Source: Zootoca vivipara (taxonomy: Eukaryota). From it: a DNA stretch of 64,000 nt. The first letter of the stretch is position 1; each line of letters starts with the position of its first letter. The stretch lies in NCBI RefSeq assembly GCF_963506605.1, contig NC_083281.1, forward strand, positions 88,102,001 through 88,166,000, given 5' to 3'. The position numbers and the translations under genes were made by a program. This document shows positions 1 through 10,680 of this stretch, piece by piece. The notes under the pieces are model-generated. The model was not told where the DNA came from. It ran no database searches and saw nothing but the letters and a program-made list of their open reading frames with translations.

Positions 1-461
1 ATTTAAAGTAGATGAATAAATGAGCAAATTCAGTTCATTTGTATCTGCAGAAGATATTAAAAATAAATTTAAGGAACCGTAGAAAGAGGGGGAAGGAAGT
101 CAAGTTTTGAAATGTTAAAATGATTGTAAGGTAAAGGTAAAGGGACCCCTGACCATTAGGTCCAGTCGTGACCGACTCTGGGGTTGCGCGCTCATCTCGC
201 ATTATTGGCCGAGGGAGCCGGCGTACAGCTTCCAGGTCATGTGGCCAGCATGACAAAGCCGCTTCTGGCGAACCAGAGCAGCACACGGAAACGCTTTTTA
301 CCTTCCCGCTGTAGCGGTTCCTATTTATCTACTTGCACTTTTATGTGCTTTCGAACTGCTAGGTTGGCAGGAGCTGGGACCAAGCAACGGGAGCTCACCC
401 CGTCACAGGGATTCGAACCGCCGACAATCAATTTTACAAAATGATTGTAAAATTAGTAAAA
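1..461 (+). mobile_element. L1-clade LINE 3' end fragment, interrupted by a Sauria SINE
   Basis: 1-129 and 438-461 match the reverse complement of the L1 3' region at 4140-4260/4531-4565, which is contiguous with an L1 ORF2 C-terminal remnant. Confidence 0.6.
130..425 (-). mobile_element. Sauria SINE, 5'-truncated
   Basis: (ACCTTT)n tail on the minus strand and typical Sauria SINE body; 13-bp TSD AAAATGATTGTAA at 117-129 and 438-450; near-identical to the copy at 7372-7702. Confidence 0.9.
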
Positions 462-469
462 TGTAGACC

Positions 470-1175
470 TGAAAGGGATGTGGGTGTAAAAAATGTTTTT
501 AGCAAACTTCTAGGGGAGGTGAATGGCGGTTTGGCTGTCTTCCTGTTAGCTCCTGCTGACTTGGTGATTGATAAGAGATCACTCTGCAGATAACGGGAGT
601 TATCTGGGAGTTACCCTCAAATGCTTTGAGTGAGGCTGTTTTTCTGCTGTTACGCATCTGGAGGCTTGGATGGGGGTTAGAGTGAGTGGGCGAGCTAAGG
701 AGTTGCCATTGTGCCAAACAACATGGAATCGCCTTTCGTAGGTGTAAGGGGAAGAGATTACAGAGAACCTCCCCCTCTCATCAGGAGCAGTTCGTCCCCA
801 AGCAGCCATGAAAGTGTGGGGTCTGAAGGGGCTAGTCAGGAAGCGGAGAGAGAGAGAGACAGGTCTCCGGCAGCATGGGAGAGCCCCTGCTCCACAGGCG
901 GGAAGAGAGAGAGACGGAAAGGGGGGAGAGGGAAAAGACGGAGCGTAGACCCTTTCCCCCGGCACCGGAATTGAGGAGGAGGAGAAAGGGGAGGAGATTC
1001 GCTGTCCCGAGGCTGTTATGTTGGTCAAAGTCGTGAAAAGGGGCAGTGCCGGATTCTGAGATGGAATGAGCGGACATGAAACCGACAGCTCGATACACTG
1101 TAAATAATGTGCACCAATAAAGACTCTTTTAAAGACAAGTATGTGGAAAGTCGTTACTCAAGAGTAGCTGTAACA
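470..1175 (+). mobile_element. Possible solo LTR (Gypsy/ERV-like)
   Basis: Non-coding purine-rich block from TG to GTAACA, with AATAAA about 60 bp before the end; TSD not clean, boundaries approximate. Confidence 0.35.
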
Positions 1176-1338
1176 ACCTCTGACTGTAGGTAAGAAGGAA
1201 CTGTGTTTTTAGCTGAAAAGAGTACAGTAATAGCCACCTGCTCGGTATCAATAGGCAGGGAGTTCCCAAATGGCACACTATAAGCAACCAAGTTCTTACA
1301 AAGCCCCATTCCTGTCAGCAGTGCTGCTGCTGCTGTAC

Positions 1339-1476
1339 CTGTTTTGTCCCAGGTGGCAGTGTCTGGGGGCAGGAGCTGGCTTTCCTGGGGTCCTGCGCAG
1401 GTCACCTGACTTGGCAGGGCGTCAACTGCAGAAGAGGCCTCAGCATTATTCAAGGGCGGCAGGAGTGTGGGTGAGC
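1339..1476 (-). CDS. LDLRAD2: LDLRAD2 coding exon 4 (Ser/Thr/Pro-rich linker)
   Basis: 138 bp, phase 1-1, pyrimidine tract plus AG acceptor and GT donor; GSPTLLPP...TWDKT follows the LDLa exon as in human LDLRAD2. Confidence 0.7.
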
Positions 1477-1690
1477 CTGGAGTTGAAGAGGAGCAAGAGT
1501 CAAAAATGTCTGTGCTGCCACGGAGAAACCAAAGCAGAGGGGCGTACCCTCCTCCCTTTCCTGACAAGGGGCCGCGCTGCATCCATCAGGCTCAGACATT
1601 CAGCCTCTCTTTCTCACCCATTTTTTAAAGTGATTATGAGCAAGGAAAGACACACACACACACACACACCCTCCTCCTACAGCCACCAAC

Positions 1691-1840
1691 CTTTGCACCA
1701 GGCTGGGGACTGGAAAGCCTGGTCTGTACCATCTCCACAGTTATCCACGCTGCTGCCATCGCAGACTAGGCTGGGAGGGATGCACTTGCCATTGTGGCAG
1801 GGAAAATAGGACTCTGTGCTGCAGGCCGAAGCGTTCAAGC
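1691..1840 (-). CDS. LDLRAD2: LDLRAD2 coding exon 3 (LDL-receptor class A domain)
   Basis: 150 bp, phase 1-1; GLNASACSTESYFPCHNGKCIPPSLVCDGSSVDNCGDGTDQAFQSPAWCK has the 6-Cys LDLa pattern and matches human FRCQNGRCIPSSLVCD...DNCGDGSDQ. Not in the ORF track. Confidence 0.93.
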
Positions 1841-2106
1841 CTGCAATGGGAGGGAAAGGCAGATTTTGCTGTTCTTTTTGTTTAATGTACCTATAATCAG
1901 TGCTTTTTTATAGAAAAAAGGAGCTAATACTGTGAAGTTGTTATAGTGAGTGCCACGCTTTTAACATGGGGGGGGGGGGTTTGCTGGTACACCCTACCTT
2001 TGAGTATCCCCAGATAAAAAGCACTGCCTAGAATGTACCTCCCAAACTAGCTTAAAACAATAGGTAAAATGCATTTAACGCCAGCATTGAAATTTTAAAA
2101 AAGATA

Positions 2107-2475
2107 AAGGTAAAGGACCCCTGGATGGTTAAGTCCAGTCCAAGGTGACTACGGGGTTGTGGCACTCTTCTCGCTTTCAGGCCGAGGGAGCCAGCGTTTG
2201 TCCACAGACAGCTTTCCGGGTCATGTTTAGCAGGACTAAACTGCTTCTGGCGCAATGGGACAATGGGACGGAAACCAGAGCAGCGCACAGAAACGCTGTT
2301 TACCTTCCCGCCACAGTGATAACTACCGGTATCTACTTGCACTGGCGTGCTTTTGAACTGCTAGGTTGGCAGGAGCTGGGACAGAGCAACGGGAGCTCAC
2401 CCCGTCGCGGGGATTCGAATCGCTGACCTTCCAATCAGCAAGCCCAAAAGGCTCAGTGGTTTAGACCACATAGCC
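2107..2475 (-). mobile_element. Sauria SINE (more diverged subfamily)
   Basis: Tail AAAGGTAAAGG and body homologous to 130-425. Confidence 0.85.
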
Positions 2476-2519
2476 AGTTAACCTGACAGCAGCCCAGTGG
2501 TTCGCATCGCCTGCACCTT

Positions 2520-3455
2520 AACCCTTAGGGTTACAGTGTTGGACTAGCGCCCAGGAGAGACTAGAGTTCAAATTCCCCCACCAGGCAACATGAAGCTCCC
2601 TGGGCGACCTTGGAGCCCCGTTGCTGTTTCTCGGGCTCACCTGCCTTCCAGGACTGGGAGGATTAAATGATAATAATAATATAATTATAATTTATTATTT
2701 ATACCCCGCCCATCTGGCCGGGTTCCCCCAGCCACTCTGGGCGGCTTCCAACAAAATATTAAAATACAGAAATCCATTAAACATTAAAAGCTTCCCTAAA
2801 CAGGGCTGCCTTGAGATGCCTTCTAAAGGTCTGGTAGTTGTTGGGTGGTTCCCTGTAACTTGGCTTCTCAAAGCGAGGGAACCGCCAGAAGGCCCTCGGC
2901 GCTGGACCTCAGTGTCCGGGCAGAATGATGGGGGAGGAGACGCTCCTTCGGGTATACTGGACCGAGGCCGTTTAGGGCTTTAAAGGTCAGCACCAACACT
3001 TTGAATTGTGCTTGGGAACGTACTGGGAGCCAATGTAGGTCTTTCAGGACCGGTGTTATGTGGTCTCGGCGGCCGCTCCCAGTCACCAGTCTAGCTGCCG
3101 CATTCTGGGTTAGTTGTAGTTTCCGGGTCACCTTCAAAGGTAGCCCCACGTAGAGCGCATTGCAGTAGTCCAAGCGGGAGATAACCAGAGCATGCACCAC
3201 TCTGGCGAGACAGTCTGCAGGCAGGTAGGGTCTCAGCCTGCGTACCAGATGGAGCTGATAAACAGCTGCCCTGGACACAAAATTGACCTGCGCCTCCATG
3301 GACAGCTGTGAGTCCAAAATGACTCCCAGGCTGCACACCTGGTCCTTCAAGGGCACAGTTACCCCATTCAGGACCAGGGAGTCCTCCACATGAGGAGGCA
3401 TACACCCCCTTGAGCGCCTTGGAGAAGAGGTGGAATATAAATACAACAAAATTAA
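2520..3455 (+). mobile_element. tRNA-derived Squam3-like SINE split by an L2 insertion
   Basis: Head 2520-2670 (GTTCAAATTCC B box, ATGAAGCTC) and tail 3390-3455 align to the intact copy at 62006-62228. Confidence 0.6.
2671..3389 (-). mobile_element. L2-clade LINE 3' fragment (ORF2 C-terminus)
   Basis: ORF 2868..3449 has SRLDYCNALY, QNAAARL and HITPVLKDLHWLP, diagnostic of L2 ORF2; 3' simple-repeat tail near 2671-2700. Confidence 0.9.
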
Positions 3456-3512
3456 ATTAAATTAAGATAGAGCAGCGTGGGTCAGCTCATTTGGAGCGCC
3501 TTCCCACCTTAC

Positions 3513-3989
3513 CAGTTCGAATGGAGGTGAAGTCACCAACAAAGTCGACACGAGGTTGCTGGCCGCGAGTCACGAGCCTCAAGGTGAGGAAGTTGCCCGT
3601 GGAGATGACGGGCCTCGGGATGTTCTTCCCGCATAGTGGCACCCCCAGGGGCTTCGTGGTGTGGTTTTGGCCATCATAGAATTGCACGTAAGAGCCTGCT
3701 GTGCAAGGGTCAGGGGGCTCCCGCTCCCTTCTGGACTTGGGGAGGAGGGCCAGAGTGGGGTGGCCGTTGCTGGTCCCACTGGCCAGCGTGCTGGAAGGTG
3801 AGCGCACCAGGCTGTACACCAGGAAGAAGCGGAACTGGAACTGGACCTTGTCTTTGGGGGTTGCCGCTTGCATGGTCAGCTGGCAGTCGGTGCTGGCCAC
3901 CACAAAGTAGTAACGGCGGGAGTCGCGGTGGGAAGTCAAGACCATCCCATCCCCGTGCAGGGTCTGGCCGCAGAAATCGACCACACTCA
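3513..3989 (-). CDS. LDLRAD2: LDLRAD2 coding exon 2 (CUB-like domain)
   Basis: 477 bp, phase 1-1, AG/GT boundaries; CGQT..GDG, FQFRFFLVYSL, DPC..GSY.QFY and LRLVTRG.QPRVDFVG match human LDLRAD2; synteny with USP48. Confidence 0.95.
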
Positions 3990-4087
3990 CTGTTGGGGAA
4001 GAGGGAGAGGAAAAGGAAAAGGGAGAGTCATTGGCACTGCACAAAGACATGGAAGAAGAACCTTCTGGATCAGGCCAGAGACCCATC

Positions 4088-4136
<49 letters not shown>

Positions 4137-4935
4137 GCTTTTCTGATTTATACATTTCACTAATTTTACAATCATTTTAACATTTAAAAACTTGACTTCC
4201 TTCCCCCTCTTTCTGCAGTTCCTTAAATTTATTTTTAATATCTTCTGCATATCCAAATTACTGTATTGGCCTGAATATAAGCCTCCCTTTCCCCCCCCCC
4301 AAATTCTGATCGTGAAAAGTTAAAGTGTGGCTTAGATTCGCGACCTTGCAAAAATTGGCTTCTACGATAACACTGCTGAAACAGGGATATGGCAAAATGG
4401 AACGGGTGTGAGTGCCTGCAGAATTTTAAGGGAGCGGCCTATATTCGGGTATTGTCTTTTTTTTCCCCTCCTTGAATTTTAAAGGTGTGGCTTATATTTG
4501 GGTGCGGCTTATATTTGGGCCAATACGGTAACTTAATTTGCACATTTATTCTTCTACTTTAAATGCATACTCTTATGAAACTGCAGGTTATTACAATAAT
4601 CCTGCCAATATGCTTATCTGTTTACAATTTATCTGTAAATATTCAATAAACTATTGCCATTCTTTTATAAAAAGTTTGTTGCCTTGATTTCTTATTCTTC
4701 CTGTAGGTTCCGCCATTTCTGCGTTTTCCATAAGTTTTTGTATCCATTCTTCCTTTGCTCGGACTTCTTTCCATTTTGGGGTCAGTAACATTCTTGCCGC
4801 TGTAGTAGCATACATGAATAAGTTCCTGTACAGATTAGGTAGTTCTGCCACTATAATTCCCAAAAGAAAAGCTTCTGGGTTTTTGGTGGGTTTTTTTTTT
4901 TACAAAAGTTATTTTAAACAGCCTTTTCAATTCAT
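4088..4935 (-). mobile_element. L1-clade LINE 3' fragment with (AAT)n tail
   Basis: ORF 4651..4863 LFMYATTAAR.L...WK...EEW..KLME.AE is the squamate L1 ORF2 C-terminus; the (ATT)n run at 4088-4135 is its tail. Confidence 0.8.
4261..4528. mobile_element. Tc1/mariner (Tc2-like) MITE nested in L1
   Basis: TIRs CTGTATTGGCCTGAATATAAGCC / GGCTTATATTTGGGCCAATACGG; TA TSD at 4259-4260 and 4529-4530. Confidence 0.85.
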
Positions 4936-4939
4936 TATA

Positions 4940-5189
4940 CAGTCGTACCTTGAATCCCTGAACGCCTTGTGAGTCAGACGTTTTGGCTCCTGAACGCGGC
5001 AAACCAGGAAGTGAGTGTTCTGGTTTGCGAACACTCTTTCGAAAACGAACGTCCGACGCAGCTTCCACAGCATCCTATTGCGTGCAGGAAGCTCCTGCAG
5101 CCAATCGGAAGCTGTGTGTTGGTTGTTGAACATTTTGGAAGTCGAACAGACTTCTGGAACTGATTCCGTTCGACAACCAAGGTACAGTA
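4940..5189. mobile_element. Tigger/pogo-like MITE
   Basis: Termini TA-CAGTCGTACCTTG ... CAAGGTACAGTA-TA. Confidence 0.7.
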
Positions 5190-6842
5190 TATGAGAAATG
5201 ACAGGCCAGAGACCCATCTAGATCAGCTTCCTGTTATCACAGTGGACAACCACATGCCCAAGCAGGATCCGAGCACAGAAGTGCTCTCTCGTCCTGTGGT
5301 TTCCAGCAGCTGATAAACAGAAGCATTTACTGCCTCCGACTGTGAAGGCAGAACAAGAGCTATTGCGGCTGTTAGCCACGGAGATAGCTCTATCCTTCAT
5401 CTTCAAAGTGCCACATGACTCTTGGCTCTGAGTCGGCCATCCCACGCCATGCCAACTTCTTCGTCGGACCTCTCCATCTCTTACTCAAGGAGCTCATCAC
5501 ATCAAAACATCAGAAAAGCCCCGCTAGATTGGCCCAATAGTCCACCTGGTTGAGCATCCTTCTCTCACAGTGGCCAGCCAGAAAACCCACAAGCAGGACC
5601 TGAGCACAACAGCAACTAGGATTTTACTGCCTGCCTCCAATAGTGGGAATCTGTTGGCTCTGAGGCGCCCTTGCCTCCTGTTTCGGCATCGGAAGACTCC
5701 TCAAAGCTGGTCAGTCCATCTCATTCAGCATTGGGTTGCTGGCAAGAGATTACTCTGAAGCCCATAATCAGGGCACGAGGCTGCAGCCTTTCCACCTCTT
5801 CCTTTGTCCCCCCCCCCTCCCCGTACATAATATTGTGGGGTATACTGCCTCTGAAAGTGGAAGCTTAATTTAGTACCAACCGCCAGACAGAACTATCCTC
5901 TCCATGACAATTTGTGTGCAGTTTGCAGTCAACAAGGTGCAACGTTCACTATTTTGTTTGGCTTCTAAGAATGAATTTACTAGAGATTTTGGGGGCGAGG
6001 GAAGAGTTCAGTCTAATGTTCCTGTCACAGCTGTTTGAAAATGGATGACTTAACCAAGCATTTATCAGCCTGCTAAATGAGCACACTATCACACGGGCAT
6101 ACATTATTTGCTTTACTAATTGCACCACCCAGCATATGACCATGGGCTCATTGGTGGCCCAGAGATGGCCGGAGGAAGTCTGTTTAACCCGAATAACATC
6201 CAGAGGATGGTCGCCTTGCTACTGTCAAGTGCAACAGAGGACAGGGTTGTTTTGTGGTAATTTAAAGAGATTTATGGTAGTGGAAACCTTTGTGGCCTAA
6301 ATACCCCTTCCTCTTTAGTCCACAGAAGTTTATGCCACTATAAATCTCTTGGCCTTTAAAATGCCACAAGACTCTTTTGTGTTGCCTAATGTCAACGGCT
6401 GTCTCAATTACCCAGCACTCGTTTATTTCACTCCTTTTCACCATTACCCAGAAACAACAAAACGGCCAGCACGTTAAACCCAGGAATTCTGGCCCTCTAG
6501 TTCTTCCCATCACCCTCATAATTTCCACACATCCTAGTGTGAAGAATGAGAGGCTGTACTCAAAAGGTCCCGTCCCCCCCTCACCCACCACCAGCTTCTG
6601 GGAAATTTCACTTGGGCATTTTGTCACTGGCTCATTCCAACATGCCAGTAGTGAGAGATTCTGAGAACAGCCTCTGGAGACAGGTTTTCAAAAACTTCTG
6701 AACCACACAGTGTTCGAGGTAACTGTTATGTTGGCGTAGCCCCCCTTATGGAAGGGGGGGTTATTATTTAGCTGTTTTGTTTTAATTATTTCTTTGTGTT
6801 ATTACCTTGTATTTTATTCTGTGAACCGCCCTGAGATCTTAC

Positions 6843-6992
6843 NNNNNNNNNNNNNNNNNNNNNNNNNNNNNNNNNNNNNNNNNNNNNNNNNNNNNNNNNN
6901 NNNNNNNNNNNNNNNNNNNNNNNNNNNNNNNNNNNNNNNNNNNNNNNNNNNNNNNNNNNNNNNNNNNNNNNNNNNNNNNNNNNNNNNNNNNN
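6843..6992. other. Assembly gap (N run)
   Basis: Ns in the sequence. Confidence 1.
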
Positions 6993-7198
6993 AGAAATGA
7001 TCATTCTGGAACCACAACTTGACAGCCTTTCCAGGTCTGGTTTCCAACCTGCAATGTGGCACCCATGTTAAAATTTCCACTGTGTAGTCCTTCTCTTTTC
7101 CATTCCCACCCCCCTGGCTCTTTTTCTTACCAAGCCCCACCCTTTCACACTTTCTCCCTGGTTAGTTTCCTGCCTCCAGACTTTCCCTTAAAATGAAC

Positions 7199-8174
7199 TG
7201 CTATAAGAATTTAAGGTCTCAAATATATAAATTAAATGCTCATAAATTAAAAGGCAAACACATACATAAGTATGTTTACCACATATCTGAAATACTGAAG
7301 TACAGGAGAACAATCCTGAAGCCATTTTGACTCTCCCAAATTGACCCCAAATATTTCTCTGCAAGGAGGAAGGTTAAACCACTGAGCCTAGGGCTTGCTG
7401 ATCAGAAGGTCAGCAGTTCAAATCCCTGTGACAGGGTGAGCTCCCGTTGCTTGGTCCCAGCTCCTGCCAACCTAGCAGTTCGAAAGCACGTCAAAGTGCA
7501 AGTAGATAAATAGGAACCGCTACAGCGGGAAGGTAAACGGCGTTTCCATGTGCTGCTCTGGTTTGCCAGAAGCGGCTTTGTCATGCTGGCCACATGACCT
7601 GGAAGCTATACGCCGGCTCCCTCGGCCAATAATGCGAGATGAGCGCGCAACCCCAGAGTCGGTCACGACTGGACCTAATGGTCAGGGGTCCCTTTACCTT
7701 TTTATGTATGAATAGGGAGAGCCTGTGACCGGGATTCAGGAACTATTTACCATCACAAAAGAATGGCCAGACTGTCCATGTAATGCAACCAGTGACCATT
7801 ATCAGGTATCTTGGCAAACAGGATTTCTGCCATAGACTGCCTTCTCTGCTGCAGACCTCCTCCTATGATGTGTTTTTTTTTGGGGGGGGTGGGGGTGGTC
7901 TCTGGCTACAGGGTAGGCAACTTCAAAAGTCTATATAAGGGCTTGCACACCATTGTTCTGGGTTCCTCCTCCCTCCTGCGTGTGGTGAGTGGGAACCCTG
8001 TTGCAACAGTTTTATAAAGATCAGGCTTACTAGCTGATTTGCTTCTCAATATTCTCTGGTTGGCCTCTGTTATTTTCTCCTACCGATAGGGAACCTACAT
8101 AAGGACTCTATACGGGCTCTTGGGTACCCCGTAAGGGAAAAGGAGCAGGGTTTTTTTCTTTCTTTCTTATAACA
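7199..8174 (+). mobile_element. Solo LTR, ERV1-like, related to the neighbouring provirus LTR
   Basis: Termini TGCTATAAGA...TCTTATAACA; 4-bp TSD GAAC at 7195-7198 and 8175-8178; shares blocks CCATTTTGACTCTC, CTCTGCAAGGA and ACCCTGTTGCAACAG with 8716-9425; TATA-like CTATATAAG at 7931. Confidence 0.88.
7372..7702 (+). mobile_element. Sauria SINE inserted in the solo LTR
   Basis: Body and CCTTTACCTTT tail; near-identical reverse complement of 130-425. Confidence 0.9.
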
Positions 8175-8715
8175 GAACAAAAATAAAACAAAAGCTAAAC
8201 AGAAAATGGGGGTGGGTGCAAGTACAAGGGACAGCACAGATCTGCAGGACAAAAAGGCAGAGAGGCAAAATGGATATGGTGGGACTTTAATCCATCACAA
8301 GGCTGTTGTTTGCTTCCTGCACAGCATCTTTTGTTTAAAGGAGCTGTAGCTGCTACCTACTGTGACTAAAATATTCCTTAGTGACTGAAAACGCACCCTT
8401 TCTCAAGCTCTCCCCACCCACTCACCCTCCCAACGCCAAATAATAGCATCTGCAGCTACTAAACACGAACCCATATTTACTTAGGTTTCACTTCGCCCAA
8501 GCTCATTTTAAATAGGTACCTTTTAGCGCAAGCAACAAAAAGTCTTTGTGGTATCATTAGCACAGACTGCTGACAAATCAGTCTTTAAATATCTGAAAGG
8601 CTGCAATAGGTTTGTTCTCTGTTTCTCCAGAGGGGCAGAGTCAATGGGTGGAAATTTCAGGGAAGCAGATTTTGGCTAAACGTTGGGAGGAGCTGCTCAA
8701 CAGTGGAAATGACTG

Positions 8716-9425
8716 TGTTATAAGAATTTTAAGGTCATATATATATATAATAATTGTTCATAAAACATGTACATGAATGTACAGAAACATGTCTGAAGCA
8801 GCACAGGAAAACAGGCCTGACTGACACCATTTTGACTCTCTCTGACCAGGTGTTCCTCTGCAAGGAAGAAGTGGGGTGGGGGGGAACCTTCTCATTGTCT
8901 CAGGAATTAAAGTGATAATCCCTGGCATCCTGATACCTGACTGCCAGACAAAAGGGTGTGATTAACTTGGCTGGGAAACAGGGAAATGTAAATATCTCTC
9001 AATTTTGTTGATTAGGTTCTGGGGGCAGGGGGCAGGGTCCAGGGTGCTCAGATTACTGCCACCAGACCTCCCCTTTCATGATGTACCTATGATGAATCTA
9101 GGGAGGGGGGGTCTTGGGCTACACCCCTTCTGTGACATATGGATGATGCTTCTGGGGGGTGGGCTGAAACCAATTTCAAATCTCTTTTTAAGGACAAGAC
9201 ATCTTTGTTTGGGGGTTCCTTCCTTGTTCTCCTGTGTGAGAGGAAGGACCCTGTTGCAACAGCAAAAATAAAAGTGCCTTGCTTCGCACGTCCTGGTTTG
9301 GTCTCTGTTATTTGGTGGGCAGGAGACGCTTAAACTTTGTCTGCTTGCCAGGATACCTGGACTCTTCCTGGGTCAAGGATCCACTTAATTCTAGGGCCGT
9401 GTAGCTCTGCAAAATTTTTACAACA
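8716..9425 (+). repeat. 5' LTR
   Basis: Identical by eye to 16196-16905; AATAAA near 9267. Confidence 0.95.
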
Positions 9426-9428
9426 GTT

Positions 9429-9446
9429 TGGCGACCACTTCGGGGA
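9429..9446 (+). other. Primer binding site, tRNA-Arg-like
   Basis: TGGCGACCACTTCGGGGA just after the LTR; the first 10 nt match the recalled tRNA-Arg PBS TGGCGACCACGAAGGGA, the rest is imperfect. Confidence 0.6.
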
Positions 9447-10354
9447 CCCAGTTTTGCCTTGAGCTCCGGGTTCACTGAGGAAGGGGAGCCCAGCGCGCCC
9501 TTGCCTCTTTTGCAGGGGGGTAAACCAACCTCAGGACCCGAGGCACTTGGTAGTAATTGAGAGTCCAAGCGGGACCCCCAGGACGAAGCAACGTTTAAAG
9601 GGACAAGGCTGTTTTTTTTTAGGAACCAGTTGGAAGCTGGAGACAACGGGATTCGACTGAAAGGATCGGTCGTGAGTATTAAAAGGGGACACCTTGGGTG
9701 AGCTAAGAACCACAGCAACTAAAAATCTATTTCTCCACTTGGACTATCCTTTTCTACTCTCCTCTTTGGACCTTAGTTGCAGCAAGGCTGCCAGGCACAG
9801 TTACAAGGTAGAACTGAGGTCCAGGGCAACAGTCTTTACGTTAAACGCAGAGCTCAGAAAGACTGTCCCAGCTCCCTTCTGCCAAACTGAGCAGAAGTCT
9901 GAGCAAACTGTCGCTTTTCTACCAATCTGGGAATCTGGCTATCCCAGCTCTGTTTCCTATTCCTCTGCTCTTAATCTTCGGGTGAAGACGCCCCCCTGCC
10001 ACGGCGACCCTTGTTGGGTAGGACCCGTGACCAGGGAATGCAAGTGCGCCTGTTCCTTTCCTAACTCTGTATTCCTCAGTTCCGACCTGACATTGTGAAG
10101 GCAAGCGTTCAGTAGGATCTGAGTCTAGTGTGTAAGAGGCAGGGAAGTTGCTGTGGAACCCTCAGGCAATTGATGACCAGTGGGAGGGTTCCAATAGGGT
10201 TTTAGCTGCACCAGGCCGCCTAGTAGTTAGTGCACGCGAACGGCAGGCAGGAACACCACTAGGACGTGGGGGTGAGTCATAGACTCGGGAAGTTAAGAGT
10301 GTCCAGGAACAGGGTCGGGGACCCAGAACTGCAGTATAAAAAGACAGAAGTAAA

Positions 10355-10680
10355 ATGGGTGCAACCCACTCTAAGGAATTCCTTTCCCAGACTCCCAACC
10401 GAGGCAAAGCACAACTGAGGCTTGGCTCCGGTAAGGACTTTGAGGATGAAAGTCCACTCCAATTCGTTCTCTTAAATTGGCATGAAATCCCCGGGGCGGA
10501 CAAGCTTGAAGGGAACCAATTGCAAAAACTTTGTAAGAAAAAAACATAGGGTCCGATTTACTATGGACCACCCAGATGAGGGGAAATGGCTACCAGGAGG
10601 TTCCTTTAACATACAGTGAATCTCCGCTTTAAAATTAACCCTGGTGAACTCTGAATGGGAAAAGTTTTGTGAGGAATCCT
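10355..10680 (+). pseudogene. gag: Degenerate gag matrix (MA) remnant
   Basis: MGATHS myristoylation-type start; SPLQFVLLNW...LQKLC, then after a homopolymer frameshift GKWLPGGSFN, resembling gamma/epsilon-retroviral MA; stops follow. Confidence 0.7.

Noticed and set aside
3636-4256. ORFs with poly-Ile, poly-Leu or poly-Asn tracts (also 57449-58155)
   Set aside because: Translations of (ATT)n/(AAT)n microsatellites and antisense frames of a real exon.
6786-7140. ORFs spanning Ns, including a vaguely CUB-like PGKAVKLWF segment
   Set aside because: Open only because of the gap; no splice or homology support, and LDLRAD2 exons 1 and 2 already join in phase.
8480-8560. MIPQRLFVACAK as an LDLRAD2 first-exon candidate
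   Set aside because: Poor signal peptide and wrong phase; 18503-18599 fits much better.
9005-9333. Duplicated 88-aa and 64-aa ORFs (also 16485-16813)
   Set aside because: They only reflect LTR identity; no protein features.
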